Source: Octopus bimaculoides
Lineage: Eukaryota
NCBI RefSeq assembly: GCF_001194135.2
Contig: NC_068990.1
Coordinates: forward strand, 25,977,760 to 26,011,970
Length of the DNA stretch: 34,211 nt
Reading direction: 5' to 3'
Part shown: positions 33,441-34,211 of the stretch, one piece after another
Layout: every line of letters begins with the position of its first letter
Position numbering within the stretch: position 1 is the first letter of the stretch
Made by a program: the position numbers and the translations under genes
The notes under the pieces: generated by a model
Database searches by the model: none
What the model saw: only the letters and a program-made list of their open reading frames with translations
Told to the model about the DNA's origin: nothing

Positions 33441-33684
33441 ATGCTCACCTTCAGGGAATTTCCTAAGAAATGCTTGGACAGATAAGACATCCTGTTATCT
33501 AAACATCCTCACAGTTGCTGGATCAGAACCAAATATATGATGAAAGAAGAATAAATAGCCAGCTATATTAATTCGCATCTTAACTAGTTGTTGTTGCTGC
33601 TGCTGTTGTCGTCGTTTAGCCCTCGGTCAGTCTTGACCAAGCACAGCTATAAGTAAAGACAGTCCTATCTATTTCCTCAATTTC

Positions 33685-33825
33685 CTCATCATCATCATCG
33701 TTTAACATCCGCTTTCCATGCTAGCATGGGTTGGACGATTTGACTGAGGGCTGGTGAACTGGATGGCTGCACCAGGCTCCAATCTAATCTGGCAGTTTCT
33801 ACAGCTGGATGCCCTTCCTAACGCT
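33685..33825 (-). mobile_element. SINE-like S2 3' part
   Basis: (CAT)n plus 'gtttaacatccgctttccatgctagcatgggttggacg...ggatgcccttcctaacgc'. Confidence 0.85.
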
Positions 33826-34009
33826 ATTTAATTTTTTTCAAGCATAGTATATCTAAGACTACATCATCCAATGTCTTCCTTTTCAATGAGTGGGTGGGCC
33901 AAAAATCATAGCCTGATTGCATATTGCAATCTGCAGGCAAAATCTGGTGGCTTCAACTGTTTCACTAACTGTAGTTCGATATTTTGTGACTTTGGCCCAC
34001 ACTATACAG

Positions 34010-34211
34010 GGTACTCTTTTACTTGTTTCAGTCATTTGACTGTGGCCATGCTGGAGCACCGCCTTTAGTTGAGCAAATCGACCCCAGAACTTATTCTTTG
34101 GAAGCCTAGTACTTATTCTATCGGTCTCTTTTGGCGAACCCTAAGTTACGGGGATGTAAACACACCAACATCGGTTGTCAAGCGATGTTGGGAGGGGGGA
34201 CAAACACAGAC
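34010..34211 (-). mobile_element. SINE S1 3' half, continues beyond the window
   Basis: Reverse complement of the 8121-8322-type sequence. Confidence 0.9.

Overview
AT-rich eukaryotic draft-assembly DNA. About 3.85 kb is N, in 8 gaps that mostly abut microsatellites. The repeat landscape (dense (TA)n/(TG)n/(CAT)n/(AAT)n arrays and recurring SINE families) looks like an Octopus/cephalopod genome; this is recognition from memory, not a database result. There is no prokaryotic-type gene, operon, CRISPR array, rRNA or true tRNA gene. Most ORF-track entries are microsatellite or N-gap artefacts. Content: four or more SINE-like families in many copies; five 5'-truncated fragments of restriction-like-endonuclease (RLE, R4/Dong-type) LINEs sitting in (AAT)n tracts, some stacked head-to-tail; one RTE-like LINE 3' fragment; a mariner-type MITE; and Penelope-like terminal fragments. 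Most notable: minimal type I hammerhead ribozyme motifs from at least three unrelated sequence families (4083-4128, 22377-22439, 22859-22904, 23052-23094, 28981-29097), an 85-bp near-perfect hairpin (3703-3876), an inverted Penelope-like pair around a CAG tract, and phase-compatible candidate + strand exons of an unidentified protein.
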